The notes under the pieces are model-generated. The model saw nothing but the letters and a program-made list of their open reading frames with translations. It searched no databases and was not told the DNA's origin. A stretch of 64,000 nt of DNA from an uncultured Planctomycetia bacterium (GTDB lineage Bacteria; Omnitrophota; Gorgyraeia; Gorgyraeales; Gorgyraeaceae): assembly GCA_964566255.1 (NCBI GenBank), contig CAZMID010000001.1, positions 10,799 to 74,798 on the forward strand, written 5' to 3'. Both the position numbers and the translations under genes were made by a program. Shown here one piece after another: positions 54,371 through 64,000 of the stretch; position 1 is the first letter of the stretch; the number at the start of each line of letters is the position of its first letter.

Positions 54371-55318
54371 CTAAATCTTCTCAATAATAGATTGCGCTAA
54401 AAGCGGTATCATTATTTCATGATGACCAATGATAGTATATCCCTTCCCACCAGAATGTACTGGACGCTTCACTACATTTTGATAAGGCCTATAATGATTT
54501 ATCATATCAAAATTACATGCGGTAAAATTTTTGATGTTATAGCCGAGGTTTCGCGCAACATTCAATGCCTTTAAAAATACTTCTGGAAGAATTACAGAAG
54601 AGCCTATATTTAATACCACGCCTCCATCTCCAAGACCAGAGACTACCTCTATAAAATTGTGAAAATCCTTCAACGATGACGCACCTAGATCCGAACCATT
54701 ACAGCTTGGATGCTGATGTATAATATCAGTACCTATAGCAACGTGTATAGTAGCTGCAATATCTTCTTTAACTGAATTAAATAAAAGGCTTAAGTGTTTA
54801 AAAGGGAGTTTTTCTTCTTTTATCAGTTGTCCTATAGCCTCTCCCATGCCAATGTCTTTTTTTACTGCTTTTCTAATTGCGCCATTCAAATATAATCCAG
54901 TCTCTTTTGCCATGCCAAAACTTCCATCTTCAAGGGATTTACCAACATCCTCTGAGGTCTTACCAATAAGGGCAATTTCAAAATCATGTATGGCGCCAGA
55001 ACCATTAAGCGCAAGTGCTGTAATTACCTTTTTCTTTATAAGTTCTATTATTACTGGATTAAGGCCACATTTAATCACATGAGAACCCATCATAAGTATG
55101 ACAGGTTTTTTCTTTTTGTGTGCACTACAAATACTATCCACAACCTCTCTAAAACTATTGCCAGTAAGTATATTAGGAAAACCCTCGTAGAATTTAGAAA
55201 AACTCATTCCTTTAGAGGGAACTTTCGAAAAATCCTGATATCTAACCTTATTCTTCCTCTTAGATATAGGATAAGTACTTAATTTATTAAGATCTATCTT
55301 AGACTTATTCTTAGGCAT
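54371..55318 (-). CDS. Conserved protein with deoxyhypusine-synthase-like fold, function unknown
   Basis: GSHVIKCGL, NGSGAIHDFE, GSFGMAKETG, HVAIGTDIIH, GSSVILPEVFLKAL, GHHEIMIP. Confidence 0.6.
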   Translation of the reverse strand: MPKNKSKIDLNKLSTYPISKRKNKVRYQDFSKVPSKGMSFSKFYEGFPNILTGNSFREVVDSICSAHKKKKPVILMMGSHVIKCGLNPVIIELIKKKVITALALNGSGAIHDFEIALIGKTSEDVGKSLEDGSFGMAKETGLYLNGAIRKAVKKDIGMGEAIGQLIKEEKLPFKHLSLLFNSVKEDIAATIHVAIGTDIIHQHPSCNGSDLGASSLKDFHNFIEVVSGLGDGGVVLNIGSSVILPEVFLKALNVARNLGYNIKNFTACNFDMINHYRPYQNVVKRPVHSGGKGYTIIGHHEIMIPLLAQSIIEKI

Positions 55319-55357
55319 ATATTACCCCTTTTGGGTATTTGGAGCATTTTAGCATTA

Positions 55358-56176
55358 TTAATCTAGAGTGTCAAGATTCTCTATTTTTTGAAGCGTTATA
55401 GTAATAGCACCAACTAATGGTATCCTGGTTGTTGTAACTAAAAGAGGTATCCTCCTTTCGTCAGCTGAAAGCCATATAGTAGCCTTTGCTTTTCTTCTTA
55501 TCTTCCCCTGAAACCATGGAAGTGGCTCTACCATAAATGCCTTCCACTGGCCAACGCCTTTAATATTCACAATACCTTTTCTTCTTATCTTTGCCTCTAA
55601 AAGATAATTATTTTCATCCACATTAACATTGGCAAATACAGATTTATTGCCATTTAACTTCTGTAATCTAAAATAATATAAAGAACTCAATGGATCCAAG
55701 ACCTTTTTAGGAATATCAAATTCTTTTTTGCCATCATTAAGCCTGGAAAAATAGAAAGCCTTGCCTTTTTCCTGATCAAAGTCTGTATATTCATCTGCCA
55801 TGTACCCGCCTTCCCTCTGGCGCTTCTCAAATCTTACAGGATAAAGCGTTTCCGTATCAATATAGGTGGATATCTCATCTCTAACTTTATATATCTTTGA
55901 TATTAAAGGTGCGCTTCCAGCTGTACCAACAATATGATAGACTTGATGACCTTTTAACTCGGTAATTTCCTTAACATATAAACTTACAGTCCCTACATTT
56001 AAACCCAACCATTCTGTTTTATATGTAAATTTTTCCCCTACCTGTAACTCTTTAAGAGGTGGAGAGATTTCAATTTTCTCTCCTCTACCAAAAATCCTAT
56101 ATCTTCCTAGTGAACCGCATCCTGATATAAATAAAATTGATATAAAGATTAATAAATATAATCCCATTTTTTTCAT
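55358..56176 (-). CDS. DUF3108-like lipoprotein
   Basis: Lipobox FISG-C; GEKFTY..WLG..VG, DPLSSLYYFR, IWLSADERRIP. Confidence 0.7.
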   Translation of the reverse strand: MKKMGLYLLIFISILFISGCGSLGRYRIFGRGEKIEISPPLKELQVGEKFTYKTEWLGLNVGTVSLYVKEITELKGHQVYHIVGTAGSAPLISKIYKVRDEISTYIDTETLYPVRFEKRQREGGYMADEYTDFDQEKGKAFYFSRLNDGKKEFDIPKKVLDPLSSLYYFRLQKLNGNKSVFANVNVDENNYLLEAKIRRKGIVNIKGVGQWKAFMVEPLPWFQGKIRRKAKATIWLSADERRIPLLVTTTRIPLVGAITITLQKIENLDTLD

Positions 56177-57210
56177 AATAATTCACTCGCTTTCTCTATG
56201 ACCTCATTCACAGTGATTGATTTTAGACATAAAAACATTTTTTTACAATTATGCGCTAGACATTTATTACAACCGATATCCTTATGTAACACTATGTTAT
56301 TATCTGATAGCCCCTTCCATCTTGTAGGGCTAAGACCTTTTTCATTCCTTCCAAATATAGATATAGTGGCCGCCCCTATAGTACATGCAATGTGAACAGG
56401 ACCTGAATCATTCGAAATAAATAAAGATGCTTTTTTAAATAATGCTCCTAGTTCTCCTAAAGAAGTCTTCCCACATAAAAATAAAGGCTTACTTTCCATA
56501 AGATCTTTAACCTTTTCACCTATTTTTACCTGATCAGGACTTGAGACTAAAACAACCTTTACATTAAATCTTCTGGATAAAGAATTTGCTACTTTTGCAA
56601 AATTTTCCTGAGACCACATCTTTGAAATACAACTTGCCCCAGGATGCAGTACTATAAACTTTTCTCCATCTTTTAAACCAGAACTTTTAAGTAAATCATC
56701 TATATTTTTTTCGTGTTCTTTTTTGATTACTATAACTGGTGGAGAACTTTCGACCTTTAGACCAATAGAACGTAATATATCCAAAGAATATTCAGATTCG
56801 TGTTTTTCTCCAAGGCGCTTTTTGTATTCTAACTTTTCAGTCAGAAGAAAATCCATCTTACCTTTTTTATATCCTACCCTTTTTGGAATGCCACTAAGGA
56901 AAGAGATGCAATTTACTCTAGTCGTAGAATGTAAAATTAAAGCAAGGTCGAACTTCTTTTTCTTAAGATGGGTGATGAAACCTAATGTCTTAAAAATACC
57001 TTTATGTTTTAACTTTTTATCATAGACAATTATTTCGTTAAGATAAGGATTGCCTGTTATAATTTCCCGAGTTTGAGGAGAAACCATCATAGCAATGTAA
57101 ATATCTGGAAAGGCCTTCCTTAAAGCTGTAATTACAGGTGTAGAAAGTACTACATCGCCTATCCTATCAGTCCTTATAATAAGAATTCTTTTTATATTAG
57201 AAAAATTCAT
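56173..57210 (-). CDS. GT9 LPS heptosyltransferase-like
   Basis: RTDRIGDVVLSTP, LHPGAS, SNDSGPVHIA. Confidence 0.92.
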   Translation of the reverse strand: MNFSNIKRILIIRTDRIGDVVLSTPVITALRKAFPDIYIAMMVSPQTREIITGNPYLNEIIVYDKKLKHKGIFKTLGFITHLKKKKFDLALILHSTTRVNCISFLSGIPKRVGYKKGKMDFLLTEKLEYKKRLGEKHESEYSLDILRSIGLKVESSPPVIVIKKEHEKNIDDLLKSSGLKDGEKFIVLHPGASCISKMWSQENFAKVANSLSRRFNVKVVLVSSPDQVKIGEKVKDLMESKPLFLCGKTSLGELGALFKKASLFISNDSGPVHIACTIGAATISIFGRNEKGLSPTRWKGLSDNNIVLHKDIGCNKCLAHNCKKMFLCLKSITVNEVIEKASELL

Positions 57211-58154
57211 AATAATTTCTTAATTGCTTCTAAAACTTCTTCTGGTTTTATTTGTTTCATGCACTCATGATTAAATCTACATAATGCCTTTTTACATGGA
57301 GAACATTTTAAGTCTTTTCGTATAACTATGTCATGTGTGCCCGTAGGTCCATACTCTTTAGGATCTGTTGGCCCAAATATAGCTACTACCTTCACTTTCA
57401 AGTCTGATGCAATGTGCATAGAAGCACTATCACATGTTAAAAGCACTTTTAATCTATCTATTAAAGCGAATAATTCATTTAAGGTGAGTTTTCCTGTTAG
57501 ATCAATTAAGCCTTCATATTTCATAGCATTCTTTATCGCACTTGAGACATTGACTTGACTTGCTTCTCCCATTAAAACAACTTTATTTCTTTTATTCTCT
57601 AAAAGATTATTTATAACCTTTACAAATCCCTCTATAGGCCATTCCTTTGTATAACTGCGACATGAAGGTGCAACGCCTATTAAAGAATCTTCCTCTCTAA
57701 GGCCTCCCCCCTCAAGCAATCTCTTTAGGGTATATTTATCTTTTTGATCAATATAAATATTTTTTTGATTTTTATACTCTATACCTAAGTTTTTAAGTTT
57801 AGATAAATGATGTAATCTTTTATGTTTTTTTCTAGTTTTATTTATTGAAAATAAACTACTTTTCTTTTTAGCACCTATTAAAATAGGCATAAGGCTTGCT
57901 TTCATATCAATACAGATATCATACCTATTTTTCCTTAGCATATTTATGAACTTGATCTTTTCTATTAAACTTGAATGTTTATCATATGTAAAAATCTTAT
58001 CTACTCTTGGGTCTTTTATAAAAACCTCTTTTGGCCTTGGCCCTACTACTACATCTATACTTGATTCTGGAAATTTGCTTTTAAGTGCAGAAAAAATAGG
58101 CAGCGTCAAAACCACATCACCAATATTACTAAGTGTAATGAAAAGTATTTTCAT
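57207..58154 (-). CDS. GT9 LPS heptosyltransferase-like
   Basis: SNIGDVVLTLP, DSASMHIA, IFGPT; start re-called at ATG 58154. Confidence 0.9.
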   Translation of the reverse strand: MKILFITLSNIGDVVLTLPIFSALKSKFPESSIDVVVGPRPKEVFIKDPRVDKIFTYDKHSSLIEKIKFINMLRKNRYDICIDMKASLMPILIGAKKKSSLFSINKTRKKHKRLHHLSKLKNLGIEYKNQKNIYIDQKDKYTLKRLLEGGGLREEDSLIGVAPSCRSYTKEWPIEGFVKVINNLLENKRNKVVLMGEASQVNVSSAIKNAMKYEGLIDLTGKLTLNELFALIDRLKVLLTCDSASMHIASDLKVKVVAIFGPTDPKEYGPTGTHDIVIRKDLKCSPCKKALCRFNHECMKQIKPEEVLEAIKKLL

Positions 58155-59152
58155 GATATTGCCTTTAGTACATCTTGAACAGTTACTGCCTTCATACATT
58201 TATTATCCTTACACAAAATACTATAACAGGGTATCTTACATCCAATGTCTTTCTGTAAAACCTTGGTTACTCCTTTACCATAAGGGCCTGTAATTTTACT
58301 AGATGTAGGACCAAACAAGGCACAAACAGGTGTTCTTACGCCCTTTGCAATATGCATAGGTCCTGAATCATTTGAGATAACCCACTTTGCCTTCTCAAAA
58401 ACTGCACCTAATGTCTTTAGATTTGTCTGGCCGCATAATAAAATTGGCTTTCTTCTCATTAAATTTGATATCTCTTTGCACAAGGAAATGTCTTTTTCTG
58501 CGCCAGTCAAAACTATCTTCATGTTTAATTTGTTAAAAATCTCATCTCCAAGATTTGCAAAATTTTTAACAGGCCATCTTTTTAAATCCCAATTACCCCC
58601 CGGATTTATTGCTATAAAACTTTCTCCTTCTTTAATACCTTTTTGCCTTAAGATAGCTATCGCATTATCTCTGTCTCCCTTAGATATAAAAAATTCGTAG
58701 TCTGTAGATTTTATATCCATACCTACAGCCCTTGCAAGAGACAGAAAATGTTCTACCTTATGTAAATCTTTAGAAGGTTTAGGAATTTTTTTAGTCAATA
58801 AAAAACCTGATTTTTTACTATCATAACCTATACGCTCTGGTATCCTTGAAAGAAAAAGTAGCATGGTTCTAGATAAAGACTTACGCAATATAAAAGCAGT
58901 ATCAAACTTCTTTGACTTTAACTTTGAGACAATTGAAAACTTTCCTAATAAATGTACAAATTCTTTCTTCTCATCATATGAAATAATCTCATTTATATGA
59001 GGGGTATCTCTAAGTACTCCAATACATCTGGGATGCGTAAGAATAGCAATATAACTTTTAGGATAATTCTCCCTCACTGCCTTTATAAATGGCATCACAA
59101 AAAGTGTATCACCTAACCAATTTACATTAACAATAAGAATCCGCCTCATCAT
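58151..59152 (-). CDS. waaF: LPS heptosyltransferase II-like (GT9)
   Basis: NWLGD, INPGG..LKRWP, SNDSGPMH, LFGPT. Confidence 0.8.
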   Translation of the reverse strand: MMRRILIVNVNWLGDTLFVMPFIKAVRENYPKSYIAILTHPRCIGVLRDTPHINEIISYDEKKEFVHLLGKFSIVSKLKSKKFDTAFILRKSLSRTMLLFLSRIPERIGYDSKKSGFLLTKKIPKPSKDLHKVEHFLSLARAVGMDIKSTDYEFFISKGDRDNAIAILRQKGIKEGESFIAINPGGNWDLKRWPVKNFANLGDEIFNKLNMKIVLTGAEKDISLCKEISNLMRRKPILLCGQTNLKTLGAVFEKAKWVISNDSGPMHIAKGVRTPVCALFGPTSSKITGPYGKGVTKVLQKDIGCKIPCYSILCKDNKCMKAVTVQDVLKAIS

Positions 59153-59935
59153 CTAATCTTCATCCCTGTGTTCTTTTATCCACGTGTAAAAACCTGATGT
59201 TTCAATCCAAAAAACAAATAAATTATCCGAAGTCCTGGATATACGCACTCTATCCATTGCAAATAAATCATGCTTTGGATATTTTTTTCCAGGATTGGTA
59301 GCTACTGCAATTTTATAACCTGATTTTATAACTTTATCTCTTGCTGAATCACTAAAGCCTCCAAGGGGATAGCTAAATGACAGGACTTCTTTTTTAATAT
59401 AATCTTCTATTATCTTTTTAGAATTAGTGATTTCTGTAGTTAATTTTCCCCCTTGAAAAGCTGGAAGATATCTATGGGACATGGTGTGGCTTCCTATAGA
59501 GATAATATCGCTTTCGGACATCTCAATAACCTGACTCCATGTTAAATAACCCTTTTTTCCTATTAGATTAGGAACTATAAAAATTGTTGCAGGAATTTTA
59601 TACTTTTTTAAAATAGGGTAGGCCTCTATATAATTATCTTCATATCCATCATCAAATGTAATAGCAATTGTTCTAGGAGGGAATTTTCCAGATTTTACCA
59701 ACTTTACCAGATCTTCAAGTTTTACAACATTATAATTATGCCTTTTTAAAAAAGAAATCTCTCTTTCAAAACTTTTTGGAGAAACGCTCAATTTGGAAAC
59801 TTCAGCATCATTATCAATCTTGTGATACATAATAATAGGTACAGTATATTGCTCTCTGACACACAAAAATCCAATAACTATAAAGATTAAGATACCTAAT
59901 AAAATTATAGATTTCTTTTTAAAGCGTAAATTCAT
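59153..59935 (-). CDS. Polysaccharide deacetylase (CE4/NodB)
   Basis: IMYH, ITFDDGY, GSHTMSH, FSYPLG; N-terminal TM. Confidence 0.92.
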   Translation of the reverse strand: MNLRFKKKSIILLGILIFIVIGFLCVREQYTVPIIMYHKIDNDAEVSKLSVSPKSFEREISFLKRHNYNVVKLEDLVKLVKSGKFPPRTIAITFDDGYEDNYIEAYPILKKYKIPATIFIVPNLIGKKGYLTWSQVIEMSESDIISIGSHTMSHRYLPAFQGGKLTTEITNSKKIIEDYIKKEVLSFSYPLGGFSDSARDKVIKSGYKIAVATNPGKKYPKHDLFAMDRVRISRTSDNLFVFWIETSGFYTWIKEHRDED

Positions 59936-61032
59936 ATTACCTCGTGATATACTTTTTCTATCCTTTCTACCATGCCATCAATAGAAAACTTTTCTACAAC
60001 CTTCTGTCTGGCAGCATGAGACATCTTTTTATAGAGATCTCTATCTTTTAGTAATTTCAATACAGGTTCGACTAAAACTCTGGGATTTGATGGTGGAACT
60101 AAAAACCCATTAATATTATCTTCTATAATACTAGGTATACCCCCTGTATTTGTAGCAACTGTAGGCTTTCCTGAGGCTAGTGCTTCTAAAAGCGCAATAC
60201 CCAGGCCCTCCTTCCTCTTAGGGGTAAACATAAATACATCCATGATAGATAAGATACCTACTGTATCCAGTTGAGATCTGACAAAAACTACGTTTCCTGA
60301 AAGATTAAGCTTAACTACTAAATCAGCTACTTTTGAATATTCCTTACCATCTCCGACAAAAACAAGTTGTATATCTTTTTTTTCTTTCAATATCTCACAA
60401 AGAGCATATAAAAGGATATCATGTCCCTTATCAGGTGTAAATCTGGCTATCGTTCCGATAATAGAACAGTCTTTTCTTATTCCAAATCTATCTTTTAAAG
60501 CATCTTTTTCTTCTTTTGAAAAATCTTTAAGGAATTTTTTAACATCTATACCATTATATATTAAAGAAATCTTCCTTTTATCTACCTGAAAATCATCTAT
60601 TAAATGTCTTTCTACTGCCTCACTTATTGCAATCACGCGCACGCCCCATGAAGGAAGTAATCCTCTACCTATATTTTTTCTAAAAAACCCATGGCATGTT
60701 GTAACTAGCTTGATTCCAGATAACCTTGATGCAAAAAAACCTGCTACATGAGTAACTCGAGTCTGAGAATGTATTAAATCAATATTTAACTTCTTTACTA
60801 TCTTAGTGATTTCAAAAACGGCCTTAAATACCTTAGGGTTTAATTCGGATTTAGTAAGTATATTAAGTTTTATATGTGGAATCCCTATTTTTTCTAACTC
60901 AGGTACCAGTTCTCCTCCGCTTGAAGCAATAAATACGTTTTCTCCTCTTACCTTTAATGCCTTTGCAAGGGATATCGTATAACTAGATATACCACCAATA
61001 TTAAGATGTGTTGTTAAGAGTAATATCTTCAT
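59932..61032 (-). CDS. GT4 glycosyltransferase
   Basis: IGGI, IYNGID, KGH, EGLGIALLEA. Confidence 0.92.
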   Translation of the reverse strand: MKILLLTTHLNIGGISSYTISLAKALKVRGENVFIASSGGELVPELEKIGIPHIKLNILTKSELNPKVFKAVFEITKIVKKLNIDLIHSQTRVTHVAGFFASRLSGIKLVTTCHGFFRKNIGRGLLPSWGVRVIAISEAVERHLIDDFQVDKRKISLIYNGIDVKKFLKDFSKEEKDALKDRFGIRKDCSIIGTIARFTPDKGHDILLYALCEILKEKKDIQLVFVGDGKEYSKVADLVVKLNLSGNVVFVRSQLDTVGILSIMDVFMFTPKRKEGLGIALLEALASGKPTVATNTGGIPSIIEDNINGFLVPPSNPRVLVEPVLKLLKDRDLYKKMSHAARQKVVEKFSIDGMVERIEKVYHEVI

Positions 61033-63107
61033 CCTAACTTATCCATTATTATCTTAAATACCTCATCTACACTAATCTTCTCCATGCAATAAAGCTTCTT
61101 ACAAACAGATTTGTAACATGGAGAACAAGTTAATTCTTTTTTTATAACAATCCCCTTATCTACGGGTTCAAAATGCTTTCTCGGATCTGTAGGACCAAAC
61201 AGGGCTACAAAATTCACTCCCATACTTGAGGCAACATGCATAGGAGCGCTATCTCCTGTAATAAAGATGTTACATCTTTTTATTAAACTAGCTAGTTGTG
61301 TGATCGTAGTCCTACCTACTACATTTATAACCTTACTATTTGTCATATCTATGATTTTTTTTGCCAAATCAATCTCTCCCTTTGAACCTGTAATAACAAC
61401 CCTTATATCCTTTGCTGCCAACATATCTGAAAGTTTAGCAAAATACTTAAGTGGCCAACGTTTTGTCTTCCAGCTGCTCCCAATATTAAGCCCTACGACT
61501 GATTGGTTTTCTCTTACCCACTCATTTTTCAATAAATTATCTACATATATAGAATCTTCTCTTCCGGGCCATATTTCTAAACGTTTAGAAGCACCTACTG
61601 TATTAATACCTGCTTTTCTTAATACCCTGAATTGTTCTTCAACAGGCCCCACAGCAATCTTTAGATATTTCAATTTATTATTTATTAAAAATCCAAGTTT
61701 ATTGTTATTATATCCAAACCTTCTAGAGACTCCTCCAGACCATGCAATAAAATGAGTCTTTCTATTATTCTGTAAATCTATAGACATATCAAATGCTTTA
61801 CGCCTTATAATGCCAGCTGCTTTTATAAATCCCTTTATAGTTTTATCTTTTCCTTTTCTATCGTAAAGAATGATATCATCTATATAAGGACACTTTTTCA
61901 ATATACTTCTAGCATCGCTTCCTGCAAGTACACTAATAAGTGCGTTGGGAAAAGTATTCCTTAACGTCCGTAAACTTGGAACAGACAATATCACATCTCC
62001 TACTGCACCTAACTTTATTACCAGTATCCTTTTTATATTTGCTGCTTCTTCATAGACTCTTATAGTACTATCTGCCATACGCATAAAACTATAGTCTCTT
62101 TCAACTCTCTTCCTTGCTTCTATTGCAAGATTTTTAGATAATTCTCTATCTTTTAAAAGCTTTACTATGGAATTTACCATTTCCATCATATCACCTGGTT
62201 TTACAAGTATACCTGTTTTATTATTTTCTATAATATCTACAACTCCTCCTATTTTAGTAGCTATAACAGGTACACCACTTGCACCTGCTTCAATAATTAC
62301 TCTACCAAAGGCCTCCTGGCCTATAGAAGGAAGTACCAAAAGATCTAATTCAGACATTAGCTTTGGTATATCATGTCTGGATCCTAAAAATTCTACAAAT
62401 CTTTCTATATTGAGTTTACGAATTAAAACTTTTAAGTTTTCTATATATTCGGGTTTATCTTCGGGTGCATCACCTATAATCAATATCTTTACCTTTGGAA
62501 ATATCCTTACCACCCTTGCAATAGCCTGTAGAAAAAAGGTATGTCCCTTTATAGGCGTAATTCTGCCAATAACACCTATTTTATATTCTACTTTATTGTG
62601 AATAGGATTAAATTTAAATTTATCAAGGTCAACCCCTCTTGGAATAAATTTTATTCTTTCTCTTGGTACGCCAAAATCCTCTATCATATGACGTCCTATA
62701 ACAGTTGAGGCCACTATTACAAACTTACCCCAACCCATTATGCGGCTTAATAAATGCTTGGAATAATAACCATGTGCTGTTGTGATAAAATTGGCTGTAG
62801 TATGTCTTGCTGCAAAAAATGCAATAATAGCTGGTACGCGAGAACGAGCATGCACTATGTCTATACGCTCTTCTTTTATAATACGCTCTAATCTTTTGAT
62901 CATTCTAAGAATAGTAAAAAGGGATTTTTTATGTACAGGTAATTTTATGTGTATTGCCTTTGTAGATAAAAGCTCTTTCACCATCCTGCCACCAAAAGAG
63001 ACAACAATAACCTTATGCCCCCTTTTAACCAGTTCCCTAGATAAATCAAGTGTGCCTGTTTCGACACCGCCTACATCCAGTCTTGGAAGGATTTGTAAGA
63101 TATTCAT
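61029..63107 (-). CDS. GT4-GT9 fusion glycosyltransferase
   Basis: N-half GGVETG, HARSR, EAFGRVIIEA; C-half KLGAVGDV, KRWP, GDSAPMH, LFGPT. Confidence 0.9.
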   Translation of the reverse strand: MNILQILPRLDVGGVETGTLDLSRELVKRGHKVIVVSFGGRMVKELLSTKAIHIKLPVHKKSLFTILRMIKRLERIIKEERIDIVHARSRVPAIIAFFAARHTTANFITTAHGYYSKHLLSRIMGWGKFVIVASTVIGRHMIEDFGVPRERIKFIPRGVDLDKFKFNPIHNKVEYKIGVIGRITPIKGHTFFLQAIARVVRIFPKVKILIIGDAPEDKPEYIENLKVLIRKLNIERFVEFLGSRHDIPKLMSELDLLVLPSIGQEAFGRVIIEAGASGVPVIATKIGGVVDIIENNKTGILVKPGDMMEMVNSIVKLLKDRELSKNLAIEARKRVERDYSFMRMADSTIRVYEEAANIKRILVIKLGAVGDVILSVPSLRTLRNTFPNALISVLAGSDARSILKKCPYIDDIILYDRKGKDKTIKGFIKAAGIIRRKAFDMSIDLQNNRKTHFIAWSGGVSRRFGYNNNKLGFLINNKLKYLKIAVGPVEEQFRVLRKAGINTVGASKRLEIWPGREDSIYVDNLLKNEWVRENQSVVGLNIGSSWKTKRWPLKYFAKLSDMLAAKDIRVVITGSKGEIDLAKKIIDMTNSKVINVVGRTTITQLASLIKRCNIFITGDSAPMHVASSMGVNFVALFGPTDPRKHFEPVDKGIVIKKELTCSPCYKSVCKKLYCMEKISVDEVFKIIMDKLG

Positions 63108-64000
63108 ATAAGTGAAATTAAACTTTCTGTTATAATCTTTCTATCGTCTAGTTCCTTTATAGACGGTTTTTCTTTCAAAATGCGCTTTAAAGAATCGTAG
63201 ATCTCTTCTGGTGTTTGTAAATTAATATAGCCTTTTCTTTCTAGGTCTTCAATAATCCTTTCGTACTTACTCTTATGTGATTCTTTATTCATCTCTCTAA
63301 AGACAACAACATGTTTTTCTGAAGATATCGCCTCTGAAACCATAGATACGCTATCAGGAGAAACTACTACAACCTCACTCAAACCAAATATTGCTGGTAC
63401 AATACCATCAATATTCTTTTCATTTGCTATTACTAATAATTTACACCTTGGGTTCTTGCTTAATCTATCTTTTAAGAAACTATCTATCTCTTTTGAAGTC
63501 CTTCTGGATGTAGAGATAAATAGATTAAGATCTACTTCGTCAGCTATCTTCAAAACCCCATCTACTACCTTTTCAACGGCTTCTCTTTCCAATTTAAAAT
63601 TTTTCGTGTCTCCTCCGATTAAAATACCTATACCACGATTAGTAGTTCGAACCTTGCCACCTGTTACTTTTAAAACTGATTCTTCTATAGCTTTTTCAGT
63701 AATCCTATTAGGCGCAGATTCCGTAACCAATGCATTAGACCTTAAATTTTGGCTAACATCATGCCTTGGTAAAATTACTAGATTAAATTTTCTAGCCCTA
63801 GCCAAAGTCGGTTTCATTATAAGAATATTCCTAGCCTTATTCTCATATTTTAGAAAAATATTTGTAGCTGATAAAGAAGCACCACAAGAAATCACTATAT
63901 CGGCATATGTATTCTTAACCTTATCAAAGGATTCTTTTTCTAAACAAACTTTTAAGCACCTTAAGCATCCCTGACATCTGGGACCTGCAAAAATACTACA
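63104..64000 (-). CDS. ELM1/GtrOC1-family (GT-B-like) protein, 3' part (open to window end)
   Basis: DIVISCG, ILPRHD, ILIGG, STSRRT, SPDSVSMVSEA; frame stays open from 63895 to 64000. Confidence 0.78.
   Translation of the reverse strand, partial: CSIFAGPRCQGCLRCLKVCLEKESFDKVKNTYADIVISCGASLSATNIFLKYENKARNILIMKPTLARARKFNLVILPRHDVSQNLRSNALVTESAPNRITEKAIEESVLKVTGGKVRTTNRGIGILIGGDTKNFKLEREAVEKVVDGVLKIADEVDLNLFISTSRRTSKEIDSFLKDRLSKNPRCKLLVIANEKNIDGIVPAIFGLSEVVVVSPDSVSMVSEAISSEKHVVVFREMNKESHKSKYERIIEDLERKGYINLQTPEEIYDSLKRILKEKPSIKELDDRKIITESLISLI

Noticed and set aside
55322-55338. TACCC/GGGTA mini-hairpin over the SD of the DHS-like gene
   Set aside because: A 5-bp stem is too weak to claim regulation.

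Overview
AT-rich bacterial chromosomal segment in which every credible gene lies on the minus strand. Gene content (LPS/Kdo synthesis, type IV pilus/T2SS-like cluster, one giant gene) suggests a diderm, plausibly Candidatus Omnitrophota; this is inference only. In transcription order (right to left): LPS core/ADP-heptose/Kdo genes; a response regulator and type IV pilus cluster containing a YfhO-like GT-C glycosyltransferase; lpxL-like, lptC/A, lptB; tig, clpP; class V aminotransferase, serA, a DRE-TIM synthase, purA, hppA; an OmpA/MotB-like lipoprotein; uppS-cdsA-dxr-rseP-ispG-proS; a 15.1 kb giant gene (5034 aa); rimP-nusA-infB-trpS. The giant gene is the main finding. It has its own promoter and terminator, a signal peptide and an N-terminal TIKI/TraB/ChaN-like domain. 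A chain of sugar-phosphate enzyme modules follows (PGI, ROK kinase, sugar nucleotidyltransferase, YvcK/CofD, second ROK, NagB) plus a duplicated HExxH domain. Modules are separated by a recurring (V/I)LASN motif encoded four times by the identical 12-mer TTAGCAAGTAAT, suggesting a processed, cassette-assembled polyprotein. No rRNA, tRNA, CRISPR array or mobile-element gene was recognised. All domain calls come from reading motifs by eye; no searches were run.
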